This document shows positions 1 through 10,330 of a stretch of DNA of 59,094 nucleotides, in pieces. Positions within the stretch are counted from its first letter, which is position 1; each line of letters starts with the position of its first letter. The stretch lies in sequence record SRR20825019_1943. The stretch is one strand, 5' to 3'. The translations under genes and the position numbers were made by a program. Below the pieces are notes generated by a model. It was not told the origin of the DNA. It made no database searches and was given only the letters and a program-made list of their open reading frames with translations.

Positions 1-657
1 AGCTACGAGCTGGCGCACTTCCCTCTGGGTGCCAGCCTTGGACAATGCTGTGGTGGTAGCGTGGCGGTCCTGCTGGAGGCCCAGTCCGGCGGCGATGCCC
101 GCCTTGTGGTCTTTGGCGCGGGTCACGTCAGCCATGCCCTGATGCGTATCGTGGGTGATTTGCCCTGGCAGATCACCTGGGTCGACTCCCGGCAGGAATG
201 TTTTCCGGACAGGACGCCCGACAACACCACGGTTCATTGCACCGACGACCCGGTTGGGGACGTTCCCGAACTGTGCAGCAACGCCCATGTACTGATTCTG
301 ACCCACAACCACGCACTGGATTATGACCTCTGCCAGGCGCTGCTGAAACGGGACGATGTGCGCACGATCGGCCTGATCGGTTCGCAGACCAAGGCGGAGC
401 GTTTTCGCCAACGCCTTGCTCACCGCGGGTATACCGAAGCCGATATCGACCGCATCCGGTGCCCCGTCGGGCGCAGTGACATCCCGGGTAAGCGGCCCAT
501 GGAAGTCGCGGTGTCCATTTCCGCCGAGCTTCTTAGCCTGGTCGCTTCCGACACGGCCGAGAAACCATCAAAACGAGGCCTCTCCTGGGGGGCTCTCAAA
601 GCGCTTACGAAAGAAGTTAAACCTAACGAGGTTGAAGTCGCGGGCCAGAAAACGTAA
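1..657 (+). CDS. xdhC: Xanthine dehydrogenase accessory protein XdhC (5' truncated by window edge)
   Basis: Frame is open from base 1 (SYELAHFPLGASLGQCCGG); LGQCCGG, VFGAGHV, LTHNHALD, IGLIGSQTKAERF and RCPVG..GKRPMEVAVSI are XdhC motifs. Confidence 0.93.
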   Translation, partial: SYELAHFPLGASLGQCCGGSVAVLLEAQSGGDARLVVFGAGHVSHALMRIVGDLPWQITWVDSRQECFPDRTPDNTTVHCTDDPVGDVPELCSNAHVLILTHNHALDYDLCQALLKRDDVRTIGLIGSQTKAERFRQRLAHRGYTEADIDRIRCPVGRSDIPGKRPMEVAVSISAELLSLVASDTAEKPSKRGLSWGALKALTKEVKPNEVEVAGQKT

Positions 658-688
658 CCCAGCAGACAACCTGACATCGCTGCCAACC

Positions 689-720
689 CCGGGCCGGCGC
701 CCGTTTGAGCGCTGGCCCGG
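689..720 (+). terminator. GC-rich stem-loop after xdhC (possible terminator or processing hairpin)
   Basis: ccgggccggcgc / gcgctggcccgg inverted repeat with one G-U pair; no clear U tract. Confidence 0.4.
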
Positions 721-763
721 CAAACACCCTGTCATTAAAAGTTCAATTTGCTCACAATTTTTA

Positions 764-813
764 TTGACAAGTAATACATATTTGTACGAAGTTATCGGTC
801 ATAATGTATACAA
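764..813 (+). promoter_or_regulatory. Putative promoter/operator of the deaminase-permease operon
   Basis: TTGACA at 764-769 in an AT-rich gap; palindrome TGTATACA at 805-812 resembles GntR/FadR-subfamily operators. Confidence 0.45.
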
Positions 814-828
814 CGAAGAGCTGTAGGA

Positions 829-2184
829 ATGACCGAAACAGACCACAGATTATGGATTCACAATCCGCTTGCCTGCTCTGACCCAGGCGCAGCCGGCGGT
901 ATTGTCGTCACGGGAACAAGAATTGTGGAAAAAGTGGCCAGGGGGCAGCAACCTCACCAGCCCGTTAACGAGACCTTTGATGCTTCCGGGCATGTCCTGT
1001 TACCCGGCTTGGTAAATACCCACCATCACTTCTACCAAACCCTGACCCGAGCCTATTCCCCCGCGCTCAATAAAGAGTTATTTCCCTGGCTGACCACGCT
1101 TTACGATGTCTGGGCCAATCTCAACGACAGCCAGATGGCCCTGGCCAGCGAGTTGGCGATGGTCGAGCTGCTGATGTCGGGATGCACCACCGTAGCGGAC
1201 CATCATTACGTCTTTTCCGGTGCCTTGGTAAACGCGATTGACTGCCAGGTCGAAACCGCCCAGCGCCTCGGCGTTCGAGCGGCACTGACTCGCGGGTCCA
1301 TGAGCGTCGGGCGCGACGATGGCGGTCTGCCGCCACAGACCGTGGTGCAGGACGAGCAAACCATTGTCGATGACAGCCAGCGTCTTATCGACCGTTACCA
1401 CCAGCGTGCTGAAGGGGCCATGACCACCATCGCCCTGGCGCCTTGTTCACCGTTTTCAGTCAGCCGGGCATTGATGCGCGAGAGCGCGCGGCTTGCAGAG
1501 AACAACGACGTTCGCCTCCACACCCATCTTGCCGAAACCGAAGATGAGACCGCTTACTGCCAGAAGCTGTTTGGCATGCGCCCGCTGGATTATCTCGAGG
1601 ACAGTGGCTGGCTCACCGATCGCACGTGGCTGGCCCATGGCATTCATTTCAATGACGACGAAATTCAGCGCCTTGGCCGTGCAGGCACGGGCATCGCTCA
1701 CTGTCCCTCGTCAAACATGGTTCTGGGCTCAGGGCTGTGCCGGACCCTGGAACTCGAAGCGGCGGGCTCACCGGTCGGATTGGCGGTCGATGGATCAGCA
1801 TCGAGCGACCACTCGAACCTTGCCTCGGAAATGCGTCAGGCACTGCTTCTGGGCCGCCTGCGTTACTCGCCGAGCCAGGTAACACACGAAGCCGTCATCC
1901 GCTGGGCAACGCAAGGCTCGGCCCGTTGCCTGGGACGAACCGATATCGGTGGACTGGAGCCAGGCCAGCAGGCTGACCTGGCGCTGTTCAAACTTGATGA
2001 GCCGCGTTTCTCAGGCGCGGAGAATCCACTGGCGGCGTTGCTGCTGTGTGGTGCACAACGCGCTGACCGGGTCATGGTCGCCGGGCGCTGGAGAGTGACC
2101 GGCGGCCTGCCCTGCGACGTCGATCTTGACGCGTTGATGGCACGCCATGATGAAGCAGCCCGCCAACTAAGGAGAGCTATTTAG
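829..2184 (+). CDS. 8-oxoguanine deaminase-like amidohydrolase
   Basis: PGLVNTHHHFYQTLTRA (HxH metal motif), DHHY, LAPCSPFSV, HTHLAE, HCPSSNM, GLAVDGSAS; purine context. Confidence 0.85.
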   Translation: MTETDHRLWIHNPLACSDPGAAGGIVVTGTRIVEKVARGQQPHQPVNETFDASGHVLLPGLVNTHHHFYQTLTRAYSPALNKELFPWLTTLYDVWANLNDSQMALASELAMVELLMSGCTTVADHHYVFSGALVNAIDCQVETAQRLGVRAALTRGSMSVGRDDGGLPPQTVVQDEQTIVDDSQRLIDRYHQRAEGAMTTIALAPCSPFSVSRALMRESARLAENNDVRLHTHLAETEDETAYCQKLFGMRPLDYLEDSGWLTDRTWLAHGIHFNDDEIQRLGRAGTGIAHCPSSNMVLGSGLCRTLELEAAGSPVGLAVDGSASSDHSNLASEMRQALLLGRLRYSPSQVTHEAVIRWATQGSARCLGRTDIGGLEPGQQADLALFKLDEPRFSGAENPLAALLLCGAQRADRVMVAGRWRVTGGLPCDVDLDALMARHDEAARQLRRAI

Positions 2185-2254
2185 AAAATCTTTGTAGAGC
2201 TATTGGTAGTCAACAGTCAGGCATTCCTACAAAAACAACACCTAGGAGAGACTC

Positions 2255-3652
2255 ATGACAACAAGTACATCCGAACGGCCAGATACCGGTCCAGGTGACC
2301 GTTATAGCACCCGCGACGTTAATTCCATGCCGCCCTTGCGCCGTGCGATACCGCTGGGCATTCAACATGTTCTGGCGATGTTCGTTAGCAACGTGACCGT
2401 GCCAATCATCATCGCCGGGGCGGCGGACCTGCCTCCCGATCAGACGGCTTTTATGGTTCAGGCCGCGATGTTTGTCGCTGGCATCGCTACTCTGTTGCAG
2501 TCCCTGGGCCTGGGGCCCATCGGTGCTCGTCTTCCTATTGTTATGGGGACCAGCTTCGGATTCGTACCGGTCCTGATTCCCATAGCCATCGGCATGGGGT
2601 TGCCCGCCGCCCTTGGAGCAGCGTTGTGCGGTGGCGTCGCGATGGCGCTAATGGGGTTGTTTCTTCCCTGGTTCCGGTTTTTGTTCCCGCCAGTGGTGAC
2701 TGGAACCTTTGTCGTGATGCTGGGCATTCTGTTGATGCCCGTTGGTCTTGCCTACGCCGGTGGTGGTTTCGGCGTGTCGGATTTCGGCGCCCCCCATCAC
2801 ATCGGACTGGCCTCGCTTGTTCTCGTCGTCACCGTGGGGCTTCACCAGTTCGGCCGAGGTATCTGGAGTGAAGTTGCCCCACTGGCCGGTTTGCTGGTTG
2901 GCTTCGTTGCTGCCGCGGCTTTTGGCTATGTCGATTTCTCCAAGGTGGGCGATGCCGACTGGGTGACGTTCCCCACCCCGCTGGGCATTGGTATCGAGTT
3001 CCATATGGCCGCCATCATCCCCGTGGTGGTGCTGTCGCTGGTCACCGTGGCCGAATCCATCGGCGATATAGTGGGCACCACCGCGGGCGGGCTGAACCGT
3101 GAACCCACCAAGAAGGAACTCTCCGGCGGCGTCATGGCCGATGGCATCGCGAGCGTGTTTGCCGCTGTTTTCAATGCGTTCCCCCAGATCAGTTTCAGCC
3201 AGAACGTAGGCATGGTTGCATTGACGGGCGTCGTTAGCCGCTATGTGGTGGCGATTGGCGGCGGATTCCTGGTGTTGGCCGGCCTGTTGCCAAAGCTCGG
3301 CGGTCTCGTTTCCAGTATTCCTAACGCGGTGCTCGGCGGTGCGGTACTGCTGATGTTCGGTATGATCGCCAGTGCCGGCATTAAGATGCTCAGCCAGGTG
3401 CCGTTCGACAAGCGCAACATGCTGATCATTGGCACCTCGCTGACCATCGCGGTGGGTTTTCCGGCGCAAGAAGGGCTCTATGCCAACCTGTCCGAAAACC
3501 TGCAAGCGATGATCGAATCCGGTTTGATCCCCGGGGCCATTACCGCCATCGCGCTGAACCTTATTCTTCCCAAAATCCCAAACCCGGTGCCCGATAGCTC
3601 TGAATGCCCTGAAAGCTCCAAGAGCACGGAAATGAGGCCGGACTCACTTTGA
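2255..3652 (+). CDS. NCS2/NAT family xanthine/uric acid permease
   Basis: LGIQHVLAMF (QH motif), NAT signature QNVGMVALTG, many hydrophobic segments; RBS aggagag. Confidence 0.92.
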   Translation: MTTSTSERPDTGPGDRYSTRDVNSMPPLRRAIPLGIQHVLAMFVSNVTVPIIIAGAADLPPDQTAFMVQAAMFVAGIATLLQSLGLGPIGARLPIVMGTSFGFVPVLIPIAIGMGLPAALGAALCGGVAMALMGLFLPWFRFLFPPVVTGTFVVMLGILLMPVGLAYAGGGFGVSDFGAPHHIGLASLVLVVTVGLHQFGRGIWSEVAPLAGLLVGFVAAAAFGYVDFSKVGDADWVTFPTPLGIGIEFHMAAIIPVVVLSLVTVAESIGDIVGTTAGGLNREPTKKELSGGVMADGIASVFAAVFNAFPQISFSQNVGMVALTGVVSRYVVAIGGGFLVLAGLLPKLGGLVSSIPNAVLGGAVLLMFGMIASAGIKMLSQVPFDKRNMLIIGTSLTIAVGFPAQEGLYANLSENLQAMIESGLIPGAITAIALNLILPKIPNPVPDSSECPESSKSTEMRPDSL

Positions 3653-3713
3653 ATATCTGGGTGATTGAGGGCCGGACGGCCATGTTTCCCAGCGATAAAC
3701 CAAGGATAACTCG

Positions 3714-4133
3714 ATGAAAACAAAACCAGTGCTAGGCTTAACAGACGTCAATCTGATTCTCGACGCGGCTCAGAAGGAGGCCGACGCCAACGGCTGGCCG
3801 GTGACCATCGCGGTAGCGGACGATGGCGGCCATGTCCTGGGGCTGCGTCGGCTGGACGCAACGGCGCCATTCACCGCGCATGTCGCCATGGAAAAGGCCC
3901 GTAGCGCCGCCATGGGCCGAAAAGAGACACAGATTTTCGAAGACATGATCAACAATGGGCGAAATGCTTTTCTTTCAGCACCGCTCCAGGGGCTTCTCGC
4001 CGGCGGCGTGCCGGTGATCCTGGACGATCAGGTGGCCGGAAGCGTGGGAGTCTCCGGCGTCAAACCCGATCAGGATGTGCGGATAGCCAAGGCTGGCATT
4101 GAGGCGATCACCTCACCCGTGAATCGCCTTTGA
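3714..4133 (+). CDS. GlcG/HbpS family heme-binding protein
   Basis: VTIAVADDGGH..LRRLD, EKARSAA, GGVPV...GSVGVSG pattern. Confidence 0.88.
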   Translation: MKTKPVLGLTDVNLILDAAQKEADANGWPVTIAVADDGGHVLGLRRLDATAPFTAHVAMEKARSAAMGRKETQIFEDMINNGRNAFLSAPLQGLLAGGVPVILDDQVAGSVGVSGVKPDQDVRIAKAGIEAITSPVNRL

Positions 4134-4181
4134 AAAGTGGATTGCCCCATTAACCACTGAAGCCATCGCACTGGAGTATCC

Positions 4182-6104
4182 ATGAGCATTCGCCTAAAGC
4201 TAATCATCGGCATGGGGGCAGCACTGCTTGCCAGCACGTTGCTGTTGGTTTCCCTTAATATCGTCCAGATGCGCGGGCTTCTTGATCGATACCTGCTCAA
4301 CTCCGCCCTGCCATCCAGCCTGGAGGCCATAGCAAATTCCGTTGAGCGTGACCTCCAGGCGCCTATTACAGCGTCACGGCTGATCGCGGGGAACAGCTAC
4401 CTCAAAGAGTGGATAGGCGACAACGAACCACAGCAGGGGCTCGCCCCCGCCACCCGGTATCTCGAGGGGGTCAGACGCAGCCAGGAGGCCGCCTCCGCAC
4501 ACTTCGTGTCGGTAAACACGGGCAACTACTACACCCATCAGGGCATCGACAGGGTGGTGACTCCCCAGGCGGACCGCTGGTTCTATAATTTCCTGGAAAG
4601 CGGCGAGACGATGGAGCTATCGCTGGACGTGGACAAAGCGACGGGTAAACCTACCCTCTTCATCAATGCCCGCATGGAGGATGGCGGCGAGGCTATCGCA
4701 GTAACCGGCGTTGGAATCGGGCTTGATCAGATGGCTGAGCGAATCAGGGAATTCCGCTTTGGTGAAACCGGTATCGTTTACCTCGTGTCTGAAACCGGCC
4801 AGGTCAACATTCATCCTGACCTGCAGCAGACAGATCAGCCCCTATCGAAGGTTATTTCTCCAACAGCCGCCGCCGAACTGTTGAAAGACCCGACATACCA
4901 TCTGACCGAGTTTGATCGTGATGGCCGTCGCTTCATCGCCGCCAGCCTGCCTCTGTCGATCACGGACTGGCGTGTCGTTGTAGAGGTTCCGTCTACCGAG
5001 ATCTACGGCGAAGCCAGCCGGGCCAACCAGACCTCCTTGCTCGTCGGCGTCCTCGTGGCTCTTGTTTTCCTCGGCATCATAGCTTTGGTCGCCACTCGCA
5101 TGACGAAGCCACTGACGAAAATCACTCGGGCGTTGACCGAAATTGCCAAGGGTGGCGGCGATCTCACCCAGGAACTGGCGGTTGAACGCAAAGACGAGCT
5201 GGGCCAATTGGCGACCGGGTTTAACCAGTTTGTCGGGGCACAACGAGAGATGGTTCGGGGTCTTTTGGAGACGGCAATCCGGCTCAAGGCCTTTGTCGAT
5301 CAAACCTCCACCGTGATGACGGCCAACACCGACCGGGCCAAGGAACAAAGCAGCCTGACGGACTCCGTCGCCACGGCGGTGTGCGAGATGGAAGCCACGG
5401 TTCAGGAGATTGCCAAAAGCGCCACGGAAACGGCAAACCAGCTGGAGCAGGTCGGCAACAGCGCCAGTGACATTCGTGAAGGCATGTCGCGTTCCATCGC
5501 CCAGGTCGAGGGAATGGCGAATAACATCCGCGAATCGGCCTCGGCGATCCAGCAGTTGGCTACCGAAGCGCGGGATATTGGCCAGGTGATCGAAGTGATC
5601 AATGCCATATCCGATCAGACCAATCTACTGGCTTTGAACGCAGCGATCGAAGCAGCCCGGGCCGGTGAACATGGGCGCGGGTTCTCGGTGGTCGCTGACG
5701 AAGTTCGCAGCCTTGCACAGAAGACGCAATCATCTACCAAGCAAATTCGAACCATTATCGAGCGTTTGCAGGAGGGCTCCGAGCGTGCGGTCGAGACGAT
5801 GGCCACAAGCGAGAAAGCCACCGAAGAAACCGTCAGTACCTCCGCCAGCATGGGCAAAGCCCTGGATGGAATCGGCGAGAACGTGGACCGGATTGTAGAG
5901 ATGAGCCACCAGGTGGCTGCAGCAACCGAAGAACAGAGCTCCGTCACCGAGGAGATCAGCTCAAACGTTCAGGACATCTCTCATCTCAGTGCACGTTCGA
6001 GTGAGGACATGACGGCAGCCAGCCGTGAAATTGAAGAATTACGTGCGATGGCGGAAAAGCTTGAAGCTCAAATGAAAGCGTTCCGGCTCGACCGTGAAGA
6101 CTGA
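4182..6104 (+). CDS. Methyl-accepting chemotaxis protein, dCache sensor, McpH-like (probable purine receptor)
   Basis: TM-dCache-TM-HAMP-signalling domain ([31 protein letters not shown]); sensor segments [35 protein letters not shown] resemble P. putida McpH as remembered. Confidence 0.9.
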   Translation: MSIRLKLIIGMGAALLASTLLLVSLNIVQMRGLLDRYLLNSALPSSLEAIANSVERDLQAPITASRLIAGNSYLKEWIGDNEPQQGLAPATRYLEGVRRSQEAASAHFVSVNTGNYYTHQGIDRVVTPQADRWFYNFLESGETMELSLDVDKATGKPTLFINARMEDGGEAIAVTGVGIGLDQMAERIREFRFGETGIVYLVSETGQVNIHPDLQQTDQPLSKVISPTAAAELLKDPTYHLTEFDRDGRRFIAASLPLSITDWRVVVEVPSTEIYGEASRANQTSLLVGVLVALVFLGIIALVATRMTKPLTKITRALTEIAKGGGDLTQELAVERKDELGQLATGFNQFVGAQREMVRGLLETAIRLKAFVDQTSTVMTANTDRAKEQSSLTDSVATAVCEMEATVQEIAKSATETANQLEQVGNSASDIREGMSRSIAQVEGMANNIRESASAIQQLATEARDIGQVIEVINAISDQTNLLALNAAIEAARAGEHGRGFSVVADEVRSLAQKTQSSTKQIRTIIERLQEGSERAVETMATSEKATEETVSTSASMGKALDGIGENVDRIVEMSHQVAAATEEQSSVTEEISSNVQDISHLSARSSEDMTAASREIEELRAMAEKLEAQMKAFRLDRED

Positions 6105-6171
6105 CTTAATGAAGAAAAGATTCGGGCGCTATACAGCTCATCCAACAACGACTAACTAGAGGGAGCCATCA

Positions 6172-6984
6172 GTGAAACAGATATTCGCCGCCTGCCTGCT
6201 GTTTGCCTTGACCGCCCAGGCAACTGCGCAGACATACGTGGTTGGAGTGGAACAGGGAAACTTCCTGCCCCATTACGGGGTTGACGAACAAGGCCAATAC
6301 AATGGCTTCGCCCGTGAACTACTGGACCTTTTCGCCGAACATGCCGGTGTAACCTTCATCTATAAACCCTTGCCGGTCGATGAATTGATGCCGGCCCTCG
6401 TCGAAGGCGAGGTGGACTTCAAGTACCCGGATCATCCCGACTGGGCCCGTTCGGCAAAAACTGAGGACAGGATCAGCTACAGCCGCCCCATCGTGGAATA
6501 TGTTGACGGCGTTCTGGTGTCTCCGCGGCGACTCGGCCTGGATGGGGACCACCTCAAACGCATCGGCCTTGTCGATGGCTGGACGGCCCGGGGATACGAG
6601 GAAAAGATCGAAGCCTCACAGATACTTCCGGTGCCCAGCGACAGCCTGCCCGAAATGATTCACCAGGCGTTGCTGAAGAACAGCGACGGCGCTTACTACA
6701 ACGTGGTGGTCGCCCTGCACCACATCAACAATGTTCGGGTAAGACCGGGCGTTCTCGTGTTCGACCCCAACCTCCCGCATACCCGAAGCTCCTACCGGCT
6801 TTCAACGATCAGGCATGGGGATTTGCTGCCACGCTTCGACAGTTTCCTTGATGAGCGCCACGAACAGGTCGCGGCGATCAAGGCCAAGCATCGGGTAGAG
6901 GCCAACATTGGCACCGAGTACTTTGGCATGGAGCAATGGAAAGTGGACTTTCTCAAACGGCAAAAGGCGAAAAACACTCAGTGA
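6172..6984 (+). CDS. Orphan periplasmic substrate-binding protein (family 3-like)
   Basis: GTG start with RBS gagggag; signal peptide ending ATA-Q; YNGFARELLDLFA, VDFKYPDHPDW. Confidence 0.8.
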   Translation: MKQIFAACLLFALTAQATAQTYVVGVEQGNFLPHYGVDEQGQYNGFARELLDLFAEHAGVTFIYKPLPVDELMPALVEGEVDFKYPDHPDWARSAKTEDRISYSRPIVEYVDGVLVSPRRLGLDGDHLKRIGLVDGWTARGYEEKIEASQILPVPSDSLPEMIHQALLKNSDGAYYNVVVALHHINNVRVRPGVLVFDPNLPHTRSSYRLSTIRHGDLLPRFDSFLDERHEQVAAIKAKHRVEANIGTEYFGMEQWKVDFLKRQKAKNTQ

Positions 6985-7025
6985 CACTGACCCTCTCGCC
7001 GTATTCTGGCCCGAACTGATCACGG

Positions 7026-7628
7026 CTACTGAGGGCACAGCTCCGTTTCCAGCCAACGGCGCACTTCATGCCGGTGACGCCTGCGGTTGAGCTGTTCACT
7101 GTGGATATCGCGGGGGAAAATTTCCGATGCACCGTCATGTCTTAGCCAGAAACGCCGGCGTACACCCACGGCATAGCGGCTGGGGCCGTGAACCACTGCG
7201 GCCCGAATTTCTACAGCAGTAACATCCTCGAACAGGTAGTCGCTGTCACTGTCGCTATCGTCACTTCGGCGGCCCAGGATGATGTTGCGGAACGACCCCA
7301 GCACCAGGTAGCCACCTGGCTGCAGCGGCCCCTGCCGCAGAACCTGGTGTACATTGCTGTCGTCTGCCCCAACCCGGCGATACTCGGTAACGGTCAGGGT
7401 TCTCTCTTCACCGCTACGGGTTTGCAGCACCACCTGCACACACTGCACATGGATGGTTTCCTTGCCCATATTCACCAGCAGACACAGGGCGTCCGGGTTC
7501 TCGTTCTGGGCATGGTGAATAACCATATAGGGGCGATTATTACGCTGATACTGGATCAGGAACAACTGAAAATAGACGATCCAGATAACCGCCATGACGG
7601 CGCTGCTGATGGGGCTTATGTATTCCAT
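7026..7628 (-). CDS. Hypothetical protein with N-terminal transmembrane helix
   Basis: RBS aggag, 200-aa ORF with hydrophobic AVMAVIWIVYFQLFLI; fills the gap between its neighbours. Confidence 0.75.
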   Translation of the reverse strand: MEYISPISSAVMAVIWIVYFQLFLIQYQRNNRPYMVIHHAQNENPDALCLLVNMGKETIHVQCVQVVLQTRSGEERTLTVTEYRRVGADDSNVHQVLRQGPLQPGGYLVLGSFRNIILGRRSDDSDSDSDYLFEDVTAVEIRAAVVHGPSRYAVGVRRRFWLRHDGASEIFPRDIHSEQLNRRRHRHEVRRWLETELCPQ

Positions 7629-7708
7629 TTGCTCTCCTGGTTCAGCCGACTTATGCGCTTACACGTTCTGTCGATACACCAGGATTTCAACCCCATCTCC
7701 GAAACAGA

Positions 7709-9016
7709 TCACCCCTCGCTACTCAACCGCGCCACCACCGCCGCCAGATCCGTCATGCCCTTTTCCACCTGCTGAATACCGGTAGCAATGCCGGAGATTT
7801 CGTCCGAGCTGCGGCGTGAAAGCGTTGACACCCCGTCCATATTCGCGCGCAGGGACTCAATCAAGTGGCTGTTCTTGCCCACCACTGTGGAAATTTCTTC
7901 CAGGGATTCAGCAGTCTTTGCAGCCAGTTTACGCACCTCGTCGGCCACCACCGCGAACCCCCGCCCCATTTCGCCGGCACGGGCGGCTTCGATCGCAGCG
8001 TTCAGGGCCAACAGGTTGGTTTGCTCTGCCACAGTGCGAATGGTGCTGACAATACTGCCAATCTGCTCGGCCTGAATTTCCAGATCCCGACTGACTTCAG
8101 TGGCGCTAGCCACCTCTATCAGTGCCGACTCCGAGGTTTCTACCGCAAGGTTGAGAGCTCGAGTGGCTTCAGCAGCAATCTGTGACGTCTCCTCGGAAGT
8201 GGCGGCGGCAACGTCGGCCGCCTCACGGGCATTGTTCACCCGCGCGGTAATGTCCGAGGCGAATTTGATCACCTTGTATACCTGCCCGCCAGCATCCAGC
8301 ACAGGGCTGTAGGTGGCTTCCAGCCAGATACTCTTGCCGTTCCTGTCCCTGCGCTCAAACTGCCCTGAAAAACTCTCACCACGGGCCAACCGCTTCCAGA
8401 AGTCAGGGTTATCGCGATAGAAATCATCAAAGCAGAACATCCTGTGGTGCTGATGGATGATCTCGTCCTTGGCGTAGCCGGTGGTGGCCAGGAAGTTCTC
8501 GTTGGCCTCCAGTATCGTGCCGTCGGGCGTGAACTTGATGACGGCCATGTAGCGGTCGAGGGCATCAAGCATGGCGGTATCATCCGCCACTTTGTCCTGG
8601 GCGGCAGTCGCGTCTGTTGCCAGTTTGATGACCTTGAAGACTTTCCCGTCCTCATCGGTGACGGGGAAATAGGTGGCCTCCAGCCAGACACGCCGACCAT
8701 CCTTGGCAAAGCGGGGGAATGTGCCCTGTTTCTTGATACCGCGCCCGAGATCCTCCCAGAAGTGCTGGTATTCCAACGACGCCGTATAGCTTGAGTCACA
8801 CAGCGCCCGGTGGTGCTTGCCAATGACCTCCTGGCGCTCGTACCCGACAATGGATAGCAGGATATCATTGGCAGACTCTACAATTCCCGAAGGGCTGAAC
8901 TCGATATACCCGATCTGGGAGGCAATGGCATTCAGGGTTTGCTGAATCCTCTCCTGTTCGCCCCTGGAGACCGTTAACTGATCCGTCAATTCCGCAATAC
9001 GATGGCGCCCAAACAT
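7709..9016 (-). CDS. Cytoplasmic PAS-PAS chemoreceptor (BdlA-like)
   Basis: Two PAS/PAC repeats ([60 protein letters not shown]) plus MCP signalling motif; no TM helix; start at ATG 9016 after RBS agggag. Confidence 0.9.
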   Translation of the reverse strand: MFGRHRIAELTDQLTVSRGEQERIQQTLNAIASQIGYIEFSPSGIVESANDILLSIVGYERQEVIGKHHRALCDSSYTASLEYQHFWEDLGRGIKKQGTFPRFAKDGRRVWLEATYFPVTDEDGKVFKVIKLATDATAAQDKVADDTAMLDALDRYMAVIKFTPDGTILEANENFLATTGYAKDEIIHQHHRMFCFDDFYRDNPDFWKRLARGESFSGQFERRDRNGKSIWLEATYSPVLDAGGQVYKVIKFASDITARVNNAREAADVAAATSEETSQIAAEATRALNLAVETSESALIEVASATEVSRDLEIQAEQIGSIVSTIRTVAEQTNLLALNAAIEAARAGEMGRGFAVVADEVRKLAAKTAESLEEISTVVGKNSHLIESLRANMDGVSTLSRRSSDEISGIATGIQQVEKGMTDLAAVVARLSSEG

Positions 9017-9300
9017 GACATTCTCTCCCTGATGGATGAAGCAGCACATTGCTCAATATATGCTCAACCCATCGGGGAAATAAGTAGCTTAAGGTACAGT
9101 TAAGGCAACGAACTGTAAGAAACAATTGCAGTACATTTTTAGCTCAGTTACCGGCTATTGTCAGCGCACTGCTGAATGCCCGTCTTCCCCTAGTTGGTCA
9201 CGGATCTGGAACAGGGCACACAGGGCGTCCAGAAGGGGCCGCTCCAGGGTGTGGCGTCGCGTTCGTTGACGGTTTGCTGGCACGAGGGTGGTATACACCT

Positions 9301-10173
9301 TCAGCGGTAGATATCAGAGCTTTGAGTAGGGTAGACGTCTATCGTCCTGTGATACTGGCTTGGTGAGGCACCAATATGTCGTCGGAAAAAGCGGGTGAAA
9401 TGCCCCTGACAGGAAAAGCCCAGAGTATCCGAGAGGTTGCCAAGCGTACACGAGCGGTTTTCTGAAAGCCATTGGAAAGCCAGCTGCATCTTCCCAATGT
9501 TGGCCAACATCTGGGGCGTCATGCCAGTATTCTTCCTGAAGAGGGCGAAAAACTGGGCCCTGGACAAGCCGCACTCACGGGCGATAGCCTCCATGTCAAG
9601 ATCACCCTGGGGCTTGTTCAGAATAAGCTCTTTGGCTTTCCGGATTCGCGCATCGTGGAAGCCGCCAGCGGAAGATACCCTTAAACGGGACAAATGGATC
9701 CAGTCTGAATACCTCTCAATAATACTAATCATCAGATCAAAGAGCATACCCTCCAGCCGCTGAGACTGAATAGTATCGAATGACAGCACGTCCGATATCA
9801 GCAGATCCGCTTTGGTACGGATAGACGGCGTCAGCTGGATACAGGGTTGAGAGAAAAAATCAGAACGACCACTGAGCGACAATGTGTCCTTCAGAGCCGC
9901 AAGCCAGTTCGGATCGATATACAGGGCCAGGATCACGGTGTCGTCGGAGCCATGTTGATGGTCGTAGGAATGCGGCTCCCAGGCATTGACCAGAACGGCG
10001 GTATGGTCGGTCAGTGGCTGCTGCCGATTCCGGACCGAAAAGAAGGTATCGCCTCCTGACGCTTTCAGAAGAACATGGCATTCTGAGTGAGCATGTGGGA
10101 CGAGCGACTCATCCATTCCGAGCAACGCAACCCGCCCGAATGCCCCGTGAAAGATTCGGAGAGCACGTGACAT
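9301..10173 (-). CDS. AraC family transcriptional regulator of the furoate cluster
   Basis: Cupin-like N-terminus (HAHSECH), C-terminal double HTH (LSRAQFFALFR, LGFSCQGHFTRFFR); start at 10173 or 10191. Confidence 0.9.
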   Translation of the reverse strand: MSRALRIFHGAFGRVALLGMDESLVPHAHSECHVLLKASGGDTFFSVRNRQQPLTDHTAVLVNAWEPHSYDHQHGSDDTVILALYIDPNWLAALKDTLSLSGRSDFFSQPCIQLTPSIRTKADLLISDVLSFDTIQSQRLEGMLFDLMISIIERYSDWIHLSRLRVSSAGGFHDARIRKAKELILNKPQGDLDMEAIARECGLSRAQFFALFRKNTGMTPQMLANIGKMQLAFQWLSENRSCTLGNLSDTLGFSCQGHFTRFFRRHIGASPSQYHRTIDVYPTQSSDIYR

Positions 10174-10330
10174 AACCAGGACCTTAACCATGTGGCATCT
10201 TTTCGAGACTACCACCTCTTGATTTTGTTTACTAATAGCTTGCGTTGTACCGCTCAGTAGATTCTGGAAGGACCGCATCCCTGCGGCCCAATTGGTTAGA
10301 GCTGGTACGAATATTGCCGTCTCGCTCTAC

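Noticed and set aside
658-828. Possible purine riboswitch upstream of the deaminase
   Set aside because: No recognisable riboswitch consensus; the region is explained by a hairpin plus promoter/operator
9068-9092. Possible sigma28 promoter (TTAAG...CCCGATGG) upstream of the PAS chemoreceptor
   Set aside because: Spacing is about 3 nt shorter than the FliA consensus
9161-9298. 45-codon minus-strand ORF (VYTTLVPANR...) after araC, possible gene remnant at the cluster edge
   Set aside because: GTG start without a clear RBS and no recognisable homology
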